Assembly: GCA_034530875.2 (NCBI GenBank)
Contig: JAVRCJ020000002.1
Coordinates: 288,001-352,000 of the forward strand
DNA length: 64,000 bases
Direction: 5' to 3'
DNA from: Nostoc sp. DedSLP01
GTDB taxonomy: Bacteria > Cyanobacteriota > Cyanobacteriia > Cyanobacteriales > Nostocaceae
The position numbers and the translations under genes were made by a program. Each line of letters begins with the position of its first letter. Within the stretch, counting starts at the first letter, position 1. The notes beneath the pieces were generated by a model that saw only the letters and a program-made list of their open reading frames with translations, made no database searches and was not told where the DNA came from. Positions 1-10,044 of the stretch are shown piece after piece.

Positions 1-1461
1 TGCTTTTTTTGATGCTTCTATATCTCTAGTTTCATCACCGACATAAATAACTTCTTCAGGTTTTAGCTGTTTTTGCTTTAATACATTATTGATAATTGTT
101 GTTTTACCAAAAATTGTAATTCCTGAATATATAAAATCAAATAAGCCATCTAAACCATTGATATTGAGAAACTGGGTAACATTGTCTTTGGAATTAGAAG
201 TGATTATTCCCAGCTTATATCCTTGAGTTTGCAGTTCTATTAATGCTTCTTTAATTCCTGGAATGGGTTTGAGTTCGGGGATTTTCTCTTTTAATTGCCC
301 TTTCACCTTTTTCACGAGAAAAGGTATTTTAAACAGCGAAACTCCGGAATACTTAATAATTTCCCTTGATGTTAAGTTTTTCAGTAAAACTAATTCGTCT
401 GGAGTTATTTGTACGTAACCAAAGTCTACAGCTAGACGATTAGCAATACTGACGAGGGCATCTACTGTATCTGCAATTGTGCCATCAAAATCAAAAATAA
501 TTACTTTTTGGGTCATCTTTCGCCTAGATGCGTCAAGATTGGCTCGAGCGTTGCGTCGTAACATTTCTGGCTTAATCCGCCGTAAAGCGGATGCAGGAAA
601 TCGTTTATCCCACTCCTCATCTGAGATTTTGGCTAATTCTAACAGTTGGGGAGCAAGATTCCCAGGATAAGGCCCAAACTCTGCGATATCAGTCGTCCGG
701 GCAAAACGTTGATTCCAGGGACAAACATCTTGGCAAATATCACAACCAGCAACCCAGCCATTTAAATATGGCCTCAGTGCTGGTGGTAATTCTTCTGCCC
801 GATTTTCAATTGTATGATAAGCAATGCAGCGATTCGCATCGACAACAAAAGGCTGAGTAATTGCACCGGTAGGACAAGCTTGAAGACAACGGGTACAAGT
901 ACCGCAGTGTTCTGTATGGGGGCGATCGCTTTCTAGTTCCAAATTTGTCAAAACTTCCCCCAAAAACACCCAAGAACCATACTCGCGTGTAATTACATTA
1001 CCATTTTTAGCAATCCAACCAATTCCCGCTTGTTGCGCCCAAACTTTATCTTGCACTGGCCCCGTGTCTGCATAATAAATAGCCCGCACGCTTTCATCAA
1101 GCGATTCTAGCCAGGTGGCTATTCCTTTGAGTTTTTTATGCATTATCTTGTGATAATCTCTTCCCCAGCCATAACGAGAAATTTTGCCGTATTCCGTACC
1201 CTCGGGACGTTGATGTGGAGTGTAATAATTCAGTGCTACGCAAATTAGCGATCGCACTTCTGGCATTACTAAGCGAATATCCTGACGCTTGGGATTAGCC
1301 ATCCATTTCATATCGGCGTGATAACCCAAAGCCATCCATGCTTGTAACCTCTGTGCTTCTGTGGTATCTATCCTGTCTACAGCAGCAATCCCAATTTTAT
1401 GAAAGCCCAACTCGCTGGCTTTTTCTTTCACTACGCTGCTGGTTACGGAACACTGATTCAT
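1..1461 (-). CDS. queG: Epoxyqueuosine reductase QueG fused in frame to a HAD-family hydrolase (HAD part starts at 516; runs off the window edge)
   Basis: Hand translation from ATG 1461: MNQCSVTSS...GKISRYGWGRDYH...YADTGPV...CGTCTRCLQACPTGA...GCDICQDVCPWN. It continues without a stop into MTQKVIIFDFDGTIADT (HAD motif I) and ...YVGDETRDIEA (motif IV). Absent from the ORF track, probably because it has no stop inside the window. Confidence 0.9.
   Translation of the reverse strand, partial: MNQCSVTSSVVKEKASELGFHKIGIAAVDRIDTTEAQRLQAWMALGYHADMKWMANPKRQDIRLVMPEVRSLICVALNYYTPHQRPEGTEYGKISRYGWGRDYHKIMHKKLKGIATWLESLDESVRAIYYADTGPVQDKVWAQQAGIGWIAKNGNVITREYGSWVFLGEVLTNLELESDRPHTEHCGTCTRCLQACPTGAITQPFVVDANRCIAYHTIENRAEELPPALRPYLNGWVAGCDICQDVCPWNQRFARTTDIAEFGPYPGNLAPQLLELAKISDEEWDKRFPASALRRIKPEMLRRNARANLDASRRKMTQKVIIFDFDGTIADTVDALVSIANRLAVDFGYVQITPDELVLLKNLTSREIIKYSGVSLFKIPFLVKKVKGQLKEKIPELKPIPGIKEALIELQTQGYKLGIITSNSKDNVTQFLNINGLDGLFDFIYSGITIFGKTTIINNVLKQKQLKPEEVIYVGDETRDIEASKKA
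922..929. repeat. HIP1 octamer GCGATCGC (one example; many copies across the window)
   Basis: GCGATCGC recurs throughout, including inside the island genes; cyanobacterial hallmark. Confidence 0.95.
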
Positions 1462-1563
1462 TGTTTTATATTTAGATTTTGCCTAAGTAAAGGCGTATCA
1501 ATTTTACATTTTACGGAAACTTTCTTTGATGAATATTTGTTAATTATTAAATATTCATAACTT

Positions 1564-1599
1564 CAGAACCCGGACTTCTTAGAAGAAATCCGGGTTCTG
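1564..1599. repeat. Palindromic dispersed repeat / hairpin
   Basis: CAGAACCCGGA...TCCGGGTTCTG 11-bp inverted repeat with an inner TTCTT/AAGAA stem. Confidence 0.7.
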
Positions 1600-1773
1600 T
1601 GTATTGAACATTTTATTTTTAATGAGGTTGACTTAAGAAAGCAAAATTCGTCTCCTCAAAACTTCCATCGCGAGAAAGATTCGTAAATATCTGGCAATCT
1701 ATCTCAATAGGGCTTTTTTTAAGCGGTTTTTGTATTCAAATTAATATTTAGCTAATATCATACAGATAATTTT

Positions 1774-2199
1774 ATGACCTTTACTGAATTTATACCCCCA
1801 GTACAGCCGAAAGTAGAATTCCAGATTGAGGGAATCACTCAAACGAGCGTACTGCGTTATTTTGAAACACTAAATACAGGAGAATTTGACGTCACTGCGA
1901 GCTTATTTGCCAGCGATGGTGTGATGCACCCACCATTTGAATCTGATATTGTTGGCCCAGAAGCGATCGCAGCTTATTTAAAGCAAGAAGCCCAAAATAT
2001 TAAAGCTTATCCCAATCAAGGAATAGCGGAGACTTTGGAAAACGGTAATCTCCAAGTCCAAGTTACAGGCAAAGCACAAACTTCTTGGTGCGGTGTAAAT
2101 GTCTTATGGCTATTTATCCTCAACCAACAAGGGCAGATTGCATATACTAGAGTCAAACTTTTAGCTTCACCTCAAGAGTTACTCTCGTTACGAAAGTAA
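1774..2199 (+). CDS. C-terminal domain homolog of orange carotenoid protein (CTDH/CCP, NTF2-like), Cys-containing type
   Basis: IEGITQTSVLRYFETLN...PPFE.DIVG.EAIAAYL..EA...VTGKAQTSWCGVNV.W.F...KLLASPQELL matches the OCP C-terminal domain pattern. Confidence 0.85.
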   Translation: MTFTEFIPPVQPKVEFQIEGITQTSVLRYFETLNTGEFDVTASLFASDGVMHPPFESDIVGPEAIAAYLKQEAQNIKAYPNQGIAETLENGNLQVQVTGKAQTSWCGVNVLWLFILNQQGQIAYTRVKLLASPQELLSLRK

Positions 2200-2221
2200 C
2201 TAATTGCGATGCCAAACCTGC

Positions 2222-2647
2222 TCATTTAACTAATTCGGGTAAAGTAGCTTCTAGCTTCAGACAGTTAGCACCATCAATATGCAACTTGTAGTCTACTTTA
2301 TCCATCAGACGATTCATAATTAGCCAACCATAACCACCTTCTTGTTTTTCCACAGGGCTGGGAGCATAGTATGTAGACATGTCAAAGCCTTCGCCGTAGT
2401 CCCAAACTTCTAGTGCCAGATCTCGGTCTTGGAGTTCCAAGCGCAGTAAAATTGGCAAATTTGGTTTGTCTCTATGGGCGTGACGTACTGCATTTGAGTA
2501 GGCTTCTACTAAAGCTAATCGCAAACGACTCGATTGGCGCGACCAATCTACAGAATCTCCTAGCTGGATTTTCAAGCATCCCAGCAACCAGTTCTCAACA
2601 ATATTGAGAAAATTTAAATCACTTGGTACGTGAAGCTCACTTTTCAT
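2222..2647 (-). CDS. RsbW-type anti-sigma factor / Ser kinase (HATPase_c_2), HmpW-like
   Basis: LALVEAYSNAVRHAH, WDYGEGFD and EGGYGWLIM GHKL boxes. Confidence 0.85.
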   Translation of the reverse strand: MKSELHVPSDLNFLNIVENWLLGCLKIQLGDSVDWSRQSSRLRLALVEAYSNAVRHAHRDKPNLPILLRLELQDRDLALEVWDYGEGFDMSTYYAPSPVEKQEGGYGWLIMNRLMDKVDYKLHIDGANCLKLEATLPELVK

Positions 2648-2650
2648 TAC

Positions 2651-4324
2651 TTACAAAATCTCCAGCGAGAGTATAGTTTGATCGTCTTCTTGGACGTGGT
2701 TATCTGCTTGGATACGAGCTAGTAAATGGTTAAGAGAAAGTGGTTTTTCCTCTTGTTGCAGGAGCTGCCAAAGCCCGTCTTGATTCAGCATAGAACGATC
2801 GATTGACTCAACGCCAGACCCGGTTTTTGCTGAGCCATTTGAATCATTAAATACCATTGCTTCTGTAATACCATCACTAGTTAGTAACAGTGTGTCTCCA
2901 GGAGCGAGAACCAAGTTACAAGATTGTGCTTGCCATTTGGGTAATATCCCCAAAGGAACGCTGCGGACTTTGAGGTAATTGGGACTATCGGCTGATGTTG
3001 CTTTGTGCGACCATAACAATGGGTAGATATGGCCAGCATTAGTGTAAACAAGCTCCCTAGTGCTAGGGGTATAACAGGCTAACACAAGAGTTATAAAATA
3101 ATTATTGCTAATCAAGTCTTCACTTAAAGCGTGGTTCAGGTTCTGCATGACCACATTTGGCAGGGCTGGCGCTTCTTGAGATAGTTCCCGACGCAAAACA
3201 GAAATTACACTCGCCATAAATAAAGCTGCTGGCACACCTTTACCAGAAACATCACCTACAGCCAGCCACAAGTCGCCTTTGGGATGGACAAATACTTCAA
3301 AAAAATCTCCTCCGACTTCCCGCGCGGGGTAGCAGCAAGCTTGTACCTTGACACCTTTAATATCAGGTAAACTTTGGCGTAGCAGGTTGTATTGAATTTG
3401 GCGAGCCACCTCTAATTCATTGTGAATCTGCCGTTGTTTTTCCTGGAGGCGTTGGTAGAGTTTTGCTTGAGACAGAGCCAAGGCTGCTTGTTCGGCAACG
3501 CCAACAATCAGTTGGATATCTTCGTCTTGCCAAGGGAGGTCGCGTCCCCATTGATGGAGAGCCAATACAGCCACCAAATGCTGTTGGTAGCTAAGTGGCA
3601 CCACTAGATGATGACAAGGGTTACCGTCGTATATTTCCTGAGCAAGTTGATAATCGCGGGTTTGTAGAACTTTTTCAATTAAAGGATTGGTGTCGAAAGC
3701 GCAATCCACAACCTCCGATTGAGGATCGTGGTATGAGAATAGCTCCGGTGTAAGGCGATCGCCTTCTGTTGGTCTGAGCAAGCAGCTGGTGGCTTCAAAT
3801 GTTTCTCCGATAGTTGCTACAGTCTTTTGCAACATACTGTCGTAGTCTAAAGACTCGCGGATTGCCGTTGTCACCGCATTAAACAAGGATTCTCGCCGTA
3901 ATGCCCGACGCAACTCTTGGGTGCGCTTCTTCACTAAACGGTATGTATCCGTAGCTTGTTCAACTAATGCCCTCAGTCGCTCTGGATTCCAGGGTTTGGT
4001 GATGTACTTGAACACCTGACCGGAGTTAATCGCATCCACTAAATCTTCCACATCAGTAAAACCAGTTAACAAAATCCGAATCGTGTCCGGATACCGTTCT
4101 ACTGTGCGGCTAAAAAATTCGCTGCCACTCATTTCTGGCATTCTTTGGTCAGAAATAATCACAGCCATCTCGCCCACTTTGTCCAAAATTTCCAAAGCAC
4201 CCATCGCATGATTTGCTTTGTAAACTTGAAAATCTCGTCTAAAAGTGCGGTAGAGTAAATCTAAGTTATCCGGCTCATCGTCTACCACCATGAGCTTCAG
4301 TTTGTCCACCCCTGTCTCAGCCAT
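2651..4324 (-). CDS. REC-GAF-SpoIIE (PP2C) phosphatase, RsbU/HmpU-like
   Basis: REC (VVDDEPDN, IISDQRMP, KPW), GAF, SpoIIE motifs (EVGGDF, DVSGKG, NAGH, SDGITEA, DDQT). Confidence 0.9.
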   Translation of the reverse strand: MAETGVDKLKLMVVDDEPDNLDLLYRTFRRDFQVYKANHAMGALEILDKVGEMAVIISDQRMPEMSGSEFFSRTVERYPDTIRILLTGFTDVEDLVDAINSGQVFKYITKPWNPERLRALVEQATDTYRLVKKRTQELRRALRRESLFNAVTTAIRESLDYDSMLQKTVATIGETFEATSCLLRPTEGDRLTPELFSYHDPQSEVVDCAFDTNPLIEKVLQTRDYQLAQEIYDGNPCHHLVVPLSYQQHLVAVLALHQWGRDLPWQDEDIQLIVGVAEQAALALSQAKLYQRLQEKQRQIHNELEVARQIQYNLLRQSLPDIKGVKVQACCYPAREVGGDFFEVFVHPKGDLWLAVGDVSGKGVPAALFMASVISVLRRELSQEAPALPNVVMQNLNHALSEDLISNNYFITLVLACYTPSTRELVYTNAGHIYPLLWSHKATSADSPNYLKVRSVPLGILPKWQAQSCNLVLAPGDTLLLTSDGITEAMVFNDSNGSAKTGSGVESIDRSMLNQDGLWQLLQQEEKPLSLNHLLARIQADNHVQEDDQTILSLEIL

Positions 4325-4481
4325 ATTTGACTTTATTTTTCAACTATGTTTAGTGGCGAGATAGTACGATGTTTATCCCACCTGATAACTAACGAAAATT
4401 TAGAACTAATCATTCTCAACAGCTTTCAGTTATCAGTGTTTGAAACCTTGATAACTGTTGACTGTTAGCTGAATTGAACTT

Positions 4482-5207
4482 TTATCCCACTAACCCAGAA
4501 CGCAAAGCGCGGACTGCTGCTTGGGTGCGGTCATCGGCACATAGCTTATTCAAAATATTGCGGACGTGAGTTTTAACAGTGCCAACAGTAATGTAAAGTC
4601 TTTCCGCAATGACTGCATTGCTACAACCTTCGACAATCAACTGTAACACTTCTAACTCCCTTTCTGTCAGGGTGTAGGGTTCAATTCCTTCCAGATTTTC
4701 CGCAACATCAGGGTTAGGAGCAACGGGTTTGCTATCTACAAAAGCCGATTCCGACTTTTGCGGATTTTGTTGCGCTTGTTGTAATACAATTCGAGCGATC
4801 GCCGGATCGATCCACGCGTTGCCATTGTAAGTGACTCGTACTGCTTCCAGCAAATTGTCAAATTTGATATCCTTCATACAGTAAGAGTCTGCCCCAGCAG
4901 CAAAAGCCGCCAACACCGCTTCTCTATTATCCCGTAGTGTCAAAATTAACACTTTTGTGCTTAACTCTTCGCTATTAGTAGTAGATTTTACCTCCCGTGT
5001 CAACTCAATGCCATCTTTATCTGGTAAACCAATATCTACTATGGCAATATCTGGTTGTAGCATTTTTAACATCTTTAAACCCTCAGTGGCATTGGCAGCT
5101 TCCCCTACAACTTCAATTTCACCCTTTTGTAGTAGCGCTGTCCGAATTCCCACACGAGTCAGATCGTGATCTTCAATCAGAGCGATACGAATTTTACTCA
5201 TAGCCAA
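4482..5207 (-). CDS. NarL/LuxR family response regulator
   Basis: REC domain plus LTERELEVL...TVKTHVRNILNKL HTH. Confidence 0.92.
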   Translation of the reverse strand: MAMSKIRIALIEDHDLTRVGIRTALLQKGEIEVVGEAANATEGLKMLKMLQPDIAIVDIGLPDKDGIELTREVKSTTNSEELSTKVLILTLRDNREAVLAAFAAGADSYCMKDIKFDNLLEAVRVTYNGNAWIDPAIARIVLQQAQQNPQKSESAFVDSKPVAPNPDVAENLEGIEPYTLTERELEVLQLIVEGCSNAVIAERLYITVGTVKTHVRNILNKLCADDRTQAAVRALRSGLVG

Positions 5208-6021
5208 CTTCAGCCCGTTACACTACCTTAACTGTAAAGTCGAGTTTAGTGACATACTCCTACACTATTGTCTTTATCGTTCATATCAAAGCATGTGTGT
5301 TAATCTCGTCTTTTCCTAGCTTTGGCATCCATACTCTTCAGGTGCGTTTAAATTTACCAGTCATTTTTAACCGCCTTAGAAGTTCTAGACGCGCTGCTAG
5401 GGATAGCAATTTTTTACCATCCAATCCTGCCGTCTTACAAACTCGATCGTCTAGCAGACACTTTTAGCTATTACTGCCAAAAGTTTTAACAGGTGCAGAT
5501 AAAAGACATCTGTGTATGGAGGTGTCACACTTGAGCAACTCAAATTCTACGTTGACAAGCAACACAGTGCTGACAATTAAGGGACATTAAGTATCCTTAA
5601 ATTGTCCCGCAATTCCCCATCACAGCCAACGCTTTGGGCGTGGTGTACTACCCTAGTGGAGGTCTGGAAATGCAATTTGAGTAAAGCTAATATTTAAGGG
5701 TATTACGACTGGCACAGGCATTGATTACCCTTGTCAACATTAGACTTTAGGAATAAAATTGCAACAAAATTGCGACTGGTTTAGTCAAAGTACGAGCGCC
5801 CAAGACTTATTAGTTTAATTATGCGTTCTATTGTTGCAGCTGTTGCTCTTTGAGATAACAGGCGCTCATACCGTAGGGTTAGGAAGTTGCTTTCATGCCT
5901 CACCCCTACCTTAATGACACAAACCAGAGTGGCTACTGTTAAATTCTTCTTTGATAAAAATATTTGATAAACTTAACATTCAAGGAAATGTGGTGTAACA
6001 TTAATCAAAAAAATAGGCAAT

Positions 6022-6777
6022 ATGTCTAAATCGCCTGAAGCATTTTCAGTATTGGGAATACCAGTTCATGTGATGGCTAACTATCCAGGCTGGTTGTTAG
6101 AATGCTTGCAACAAGGCAGAGGAACTCATGTGGTAACGCTCAATGCAGAAATGACTATGCAGGCAGAGCGAAACAAATTCCTCGCTGAGACTATTAAAAA
6201 TGCCGAACTAGTTATTCCAGATGGAGCTGGCGTTGTTCTGTATTTACGTTGGCTGTTATGGCAAAAAGTACAGCGTTTTCCGGGAATTGAATTAGCAGAA
6301 AAGCTTTTGCAAGAATTGGGAGAGCGTAAGACAGGGGCAAAAGTCTTTTTCTATGGTGCCGCGCCTGGAGTAGCAGCAAAAGCAGCAGAGTTTTGGCAGC
6401 AACAAGTTCCAGATTTGAATATAGTAGGTACTCACTCAGGCTACCATTCCGCACAAGAGGAAGAACAATTACGTCAAACTCTGGCGGAGTTACAGCCACA
6501 AGTGATTTTTGTAGGTTTAGGAGTGCCGCGTCAAGAATTATGGATTGCCCAAAATCGGCATTTATGTCCTCAAGCAATTTGGATTGGCGTCGGTGGTAGT
6601 TTTGATATTTGGTCTGGTACTAAAACTCGCGCTCCGGCTTGGTTAGGAAATAACAATTTGGAATGGCTATATCGGTTATATCAAGAACCTTGGCGCTGGC
6701 GTCGGATGTTGGCTTTACCGGAGTTTGCTCTCAAAGCCTTTGTTTATCGCTGGACTGCAAGGAATGCAATTAATTAA
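6022..6777 (+). CDS. WecB/TagA/CpsF family glycosyltransferase
   Basis: VVTLNAE, PDGAGV, VGLGVPRQE, GVGGSFD, LEWLYRL.QEP.RWRR. Confidence 0.92.
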   Translation: MSKSPEAFSVLGIPVHVMANYPGWLLECLQQGRGTHVVTLNAEMTMQAERNKFLAETIKNAELVIPDGAGVVLYLRWLLWQKVQRFPGIELAEKLLQELGERKTGAKVFFYGAAPGVAAKAAEFWQQQVPDLNIVGTHSGYHSAQEEEQLRQTLAELQPQVIFVGLGVPRQELWIAQNRHLCPQAIWIGVGGSFDIWSGTKTRAPAWLGNNNLEWLYRLYQEPWRWRRMLALPEFALKAFVYRWTARNAIN

Positions 6778-6897
6778 GTGGGGAGATGGGGAGATAGGGA
6801 GTGTGGGGAGTGTGGGGAGAAAGAGAATTTATGCCCCCTCTCTTCCCACACCTCCCACACCTCCCACACTTCCCAATGCCCTATGCCCTATGCCCTA
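6778..6897. repeat. STRR-type simple repeats forming inverted arms
   Basis: GGGGAGTGT units, then complementary TCCCACACC units and TGCCCTA heptamers. Confidence 0.7.
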
Positions 6898-7055
6898 TCT
6901 TACTACTTAGCTAAATACTGAAGTCTTCAACAAATTTTAAATTTCTCTGTTGAATTTGAAATTCCCAGGCAAAACCTGGGAATTCTGATTTTGAGGGAAA
7001 TGTGAAATCTAAAGAAAGCAAAGTGTTTGGTTGTGGGTATGAGGAAACTTTAACA

Positions 7056-7802
7056 ATGCCTGTATTAACAAGTGAAGTTCAGACAGAGAAATCCGTCGAT
7101 AAACACAACAGTGAAACTCAACAGCAAATTAGTAATACTCCTGTCAAGATAAAATTACAATCTGTAAATAAGACTTATGCTAATGGCTCTCATGCCTTGT
7201 TGGATGCGAACCTTGAGGTTAAAAAAGGAGAATTTGTGTTTATCACAGGGGCAAGCGGTTCTGGTAAATCAACGCTTTTAAAGCTGCTTTACGGTCAGGA
7301 GTTACCCACACAGGGAGAAGTAATTGTTGATGACTGTAATGTAGCTGCTTTAAGGGGCGATCGCTTGTCATTATTGCGGCGACGTATTGGCATTATTTTT
7401 CAAGACTACAAACTAATTACCCAACGCACAGTAGCCGAAAATGTGACTTTTGTACTCCAAGCTCAAGGGTATACCCGTAAAGAAATTCAACGCCGTTTAG
7501 AACCAACTTTGAAGTTGGTAGGTTTACTCAAAAAAGCTGACTGCTTTCCCGATCAATTGTCTGGGGGAGAGCAACAGCGGGTAAGTATTGCGAGAGCCAT
7601 CGTTAGCACGCCGCCACTGCTGTTAGCCGATGAACCAACGGGAAATCTCGATCCAGATAATTCCTGGCAAGTTATACAAATTCTCCAAAAATTAAATTCC
7701 TTTGGCGCTACCGTAATTGTTACCACCCACGACGAACAACTGGTGCGCCGCTGCAATCATCCAGTAGTCCAAGTTCGTAATGGAAGACTGTATCGAAAAT
7801 AA
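7056..7802 (+). CDS. ftsE: Cell division ABC ATPase FtsE (start 7056 preferred over 7002)
   Basis: GASGSGKST, LRRRIGIIFQDYKL, LSGGEQQRVSIARA, ADEPTGNLD; GAGG upstream of ATG 7056. Confidence 0.85.
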   Translation: MPVLTSEVQTEKSVDKHNSETQQQISNTPVKIKLQSVNKTYANGSHALLDANLEVKKGEFVFITGASGSGKSTLLKLLYGQELPTQGEVIVDDCNVAALRGDRLSLLRRRIGIIFQDYKLITQRTVAENVTFVLQAQGYTRKEIQRRLEPTLKLVGLLKKADCFPDQLSGGEQQRVSIARAIVSTPPLLLADEPTGNLDPDNSWQVIQILQKLNSFGATVIVTTHDEQLVRRCNHPVVQVRNGRLYRK

Positions 7803-7874
7803 TTATTGGGCATTGGGCAGGGAGTAGGGAGTAGGGGAAGAAAAAACTAATGACCAATGACTAATGACTAATGA

Positions 7875-8627
7875 CTAATAAACACGTTGTTTGAGTTTTG
7901 CTGATACGGGTATGAAAGTTTTGGCTGTTTTAGGCGGTAGAACTTGTAAGCGATCGCACTCTTGCAGAGTTTTAAAAGCTGCGTCTCTAATGGCAACTTC
8001 TTCTTCTCGGCTCAGCAGGAGTTGCAAGCATTGGACTATATCTTCCTGTACTGAAGAATCTACTCGCTTGCGAACTATGGATTTAGCGAGCTGACGCACG
8101 GCAATTAACCGCTTTAATGGATCTTTTTCTGTTAAATCAACTAACAACTGCTCTACGCGGTCTTCTTCTCGGTTTCCATAAAAGTTGACAATTTGCCATA
8201 CCAATAAAATTAAAGTCAATAGGGTTCCTACACCTTGCAAAATTGCACCAGTAGCAATCCATCGGCTGTGAGAGTCAACCCAAATTGCAGCGGCTATGTA
8301 AGTACTGACAGTAGCAACGCCACCACTGACAACTGCTAAGACTAACTGACGGTTTGAACTGTTTAAAAACTCACGTATTTTAGACCAGCGTAATTGCCAG
8401 TCCCACTGCTGCATTGAGTAAACCAATACCATTACTCCGACGCCTACCAAAAGAGCCAATAGCAGTTTCCAGTTCCACAAGAGCATGGCAACGACGATTG
8501 TCAAGAAGCCAAGAAAGACTCCTGGCTCAGAGAAGCGTTTAAAAGTTTGCTGTTTAAAGTTTCCTCCTAACTTGAAAATCGGGAGTAGTGAGTGGGAATT
8601 AGGGAGTAGGGTATGTTCCTTTTTCAT
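7875..8627 (-). CDS. Membrane protein with C-terminal HEAT/armadillo-like helices; N-terminus possibly disrupted
   Basis: Several hydrophobic segments, then DPLKRLIAVRQL...EEEVAIRDAA; upstream in-frame GTG at 8732 is interrupted by TAG at 8679-8681. Confidence 0.7.
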   Translation of the reverse strand: MKKEHTLLPNSHSLLPIFKLGGNFKQQTFKRFSEPGVFLGFLTIVVAMLLWNWKLLLALLVGVGVMVLVYSMQQWDWQLRWSKIREFLNSSNRQLVLAVVSGGVATVSTYIAAAIWVDSHSRWIATGAILQGVGTLLTLILLVWQIVNFYGNREEDRVEQLLVDLTEKDPLKRLIAVRQLAKSIVRKRVDSSVQEDIVQCLQLLLSREEEVAIRDAAFKTLQECDRLQVLPPKTAKTFIPVSAKLKQRVY

Positions 8628-8949
8628 ATTTGGTTGTCGGTTTTTCCCGCGATCGGCTGTCTTGAGCTTTGGAAGCGACTAACTAAGGATCTGGTCGATC
8701 GCTTGCTGCCAACAATACGAAGCTTGTACCACGGTCTTTACCTACTTGCTTACAAAATTACTTATTTTATAAGTTTTACTAGAGCCTAAGAAAGTAGCAA
8801 GCATCCCAAACTGGTAAAAATACCGAGGGATGATAAATTTCATCCTAGTTTTTACGGTTCGGGAGATGTACGAACAATATATTCTACAAGAATACCCGGA
8901 GTCTGACGAGTAAGCTTAATTTTGTTACTGAGTTTTTAACGTTTTCAGT

Positions 8950-9552
8950 TTAGAGACAAAAACAAAAGTCATCAAGGGTGAACTGACCATCAAAAGCACA
9001 GAAGGTAACGCTGTAGATGTTATTCGCAGCTATAGATAATAAGGTGTTGGGAGAAATTGCTGAGTCAGAATTGGCAAGATTGGCGCTTGATAGTACGCTT
9101 TGTCCAAGGAGCTGGCGATCGCGATCGTAAGCCGAAAGCACTAACCGCTGCGAACTAGTGACAAAAGCGCTAACTGAGTTAACGGGATGCAAGAAAGTAG
9201 CTTCCAAAAATCCGCCTTTAGGCGCTCCCATTAAAACTGTCAGCCCTGAATGGCTTGGAAATGCTGGATTTGATGGCTGTATTGCTAAAGAATTGTGAAA
9301 AATGACTCCCCAGTGTTCGTACTGGCGTTCTACTGCTTCAAAACATTTCAAATCTTCAAAGTCTAAACAAATATAAGTAGGTACAGTCAGGTTGGCAATG
9401 TCAATACTTGGCTCGGCCGGCTCGCGGCGAGATGAAGCTTTAATTTGATTTTGTATTTTAAAGTTGTCAAGCGCAAATTTAGGGTCTTCAATCCTTGGTA
9501 GTGTATTTGATTGAAGAGTAGCCTGTTTTACCATGACATTCCGCCTTACCAT
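8950..9552 (-). CDS. Hypothetical protein (beta-rich C-terminal domain)
   Basis: 200-aa ORF with protein-like composition; no family recognised. Confidence 0.65.
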   Translation of the reverse strand: MVRRNVMVKQATLQSNTLPRIEDPKFALDNFKIQNQIKASSRREPAEPSIDIANLTVPTYICLDFEDLKCFEAVERQYEHWGVIFHNSLAIQPSNPAFPSHSGLTVLMGAPKGGFLEATFLHPVNSVSAFVTSSQRLVLSAYDRDRQLLGQSVLSSANLANSDSAISPNTLLSIAANNIYSVTFCAFDGQFTLDDFCFCL

Positions 9553-10044
9553 TACCTAGAGAATAATCAGATTAGTAATATATCAAAAGCTATTCTTTTG
9601 AGATGCAGAAGTAGAATCAATAGCTTATTAAAATCAGCGTTTTGACTATTCTTGACGCTCAAAATTATTTATCAGTTTGTTGATAGAGTATCATAAAAAA
9701 CTTATCTGTATTTTTAGCAGAGTAATGCTCGTTACTACGGTAAACTCTGAAAATATAGTATTTTCAAGGGTTTTTTCTACATAAGTGTGAAAAAAATAAC
9801 ACCGAATCTTTATAACTAATTCGGTAATTTTACATCTACTTAATCTGACTAACGTCAGAAGTCCTAGAGTCATTGATTCGCGGATAATAAATCTGTGGGA
9901 GACACAGCAAAGTAAAAATATGATGACGCAAACACAGAACAAGATGTAGAGATGTAAAGAGTAATTTCTCAGTGTTCCGGCGTCCCCATGTCTGAGGGTC
10001 TCTCCTGTTACCCATGTTAATGATTAGAGTCAAGAAGAATATTT

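Noticed and set aside
479..860. Plus-strand ORFs 479-670 and 591-860
   Set aside because: Antisense shadows of the QueG-HAD gene
5520..5930. Possible ncRNA in the long NarL-WecB intergenic region
   Set aside because: Only short imperfect stems (e.g. GACAATT...AATTGTC and a GTAGGG...CCCTAC REP-like hairpin); no family recognised without an Rfam search
7056..7802. FtsE as the missing ATPase for the MacB-like permease at 49261
   Set aside because: It has FtsE-specific features, lies 40 kb away among core genes, and nothing links the two
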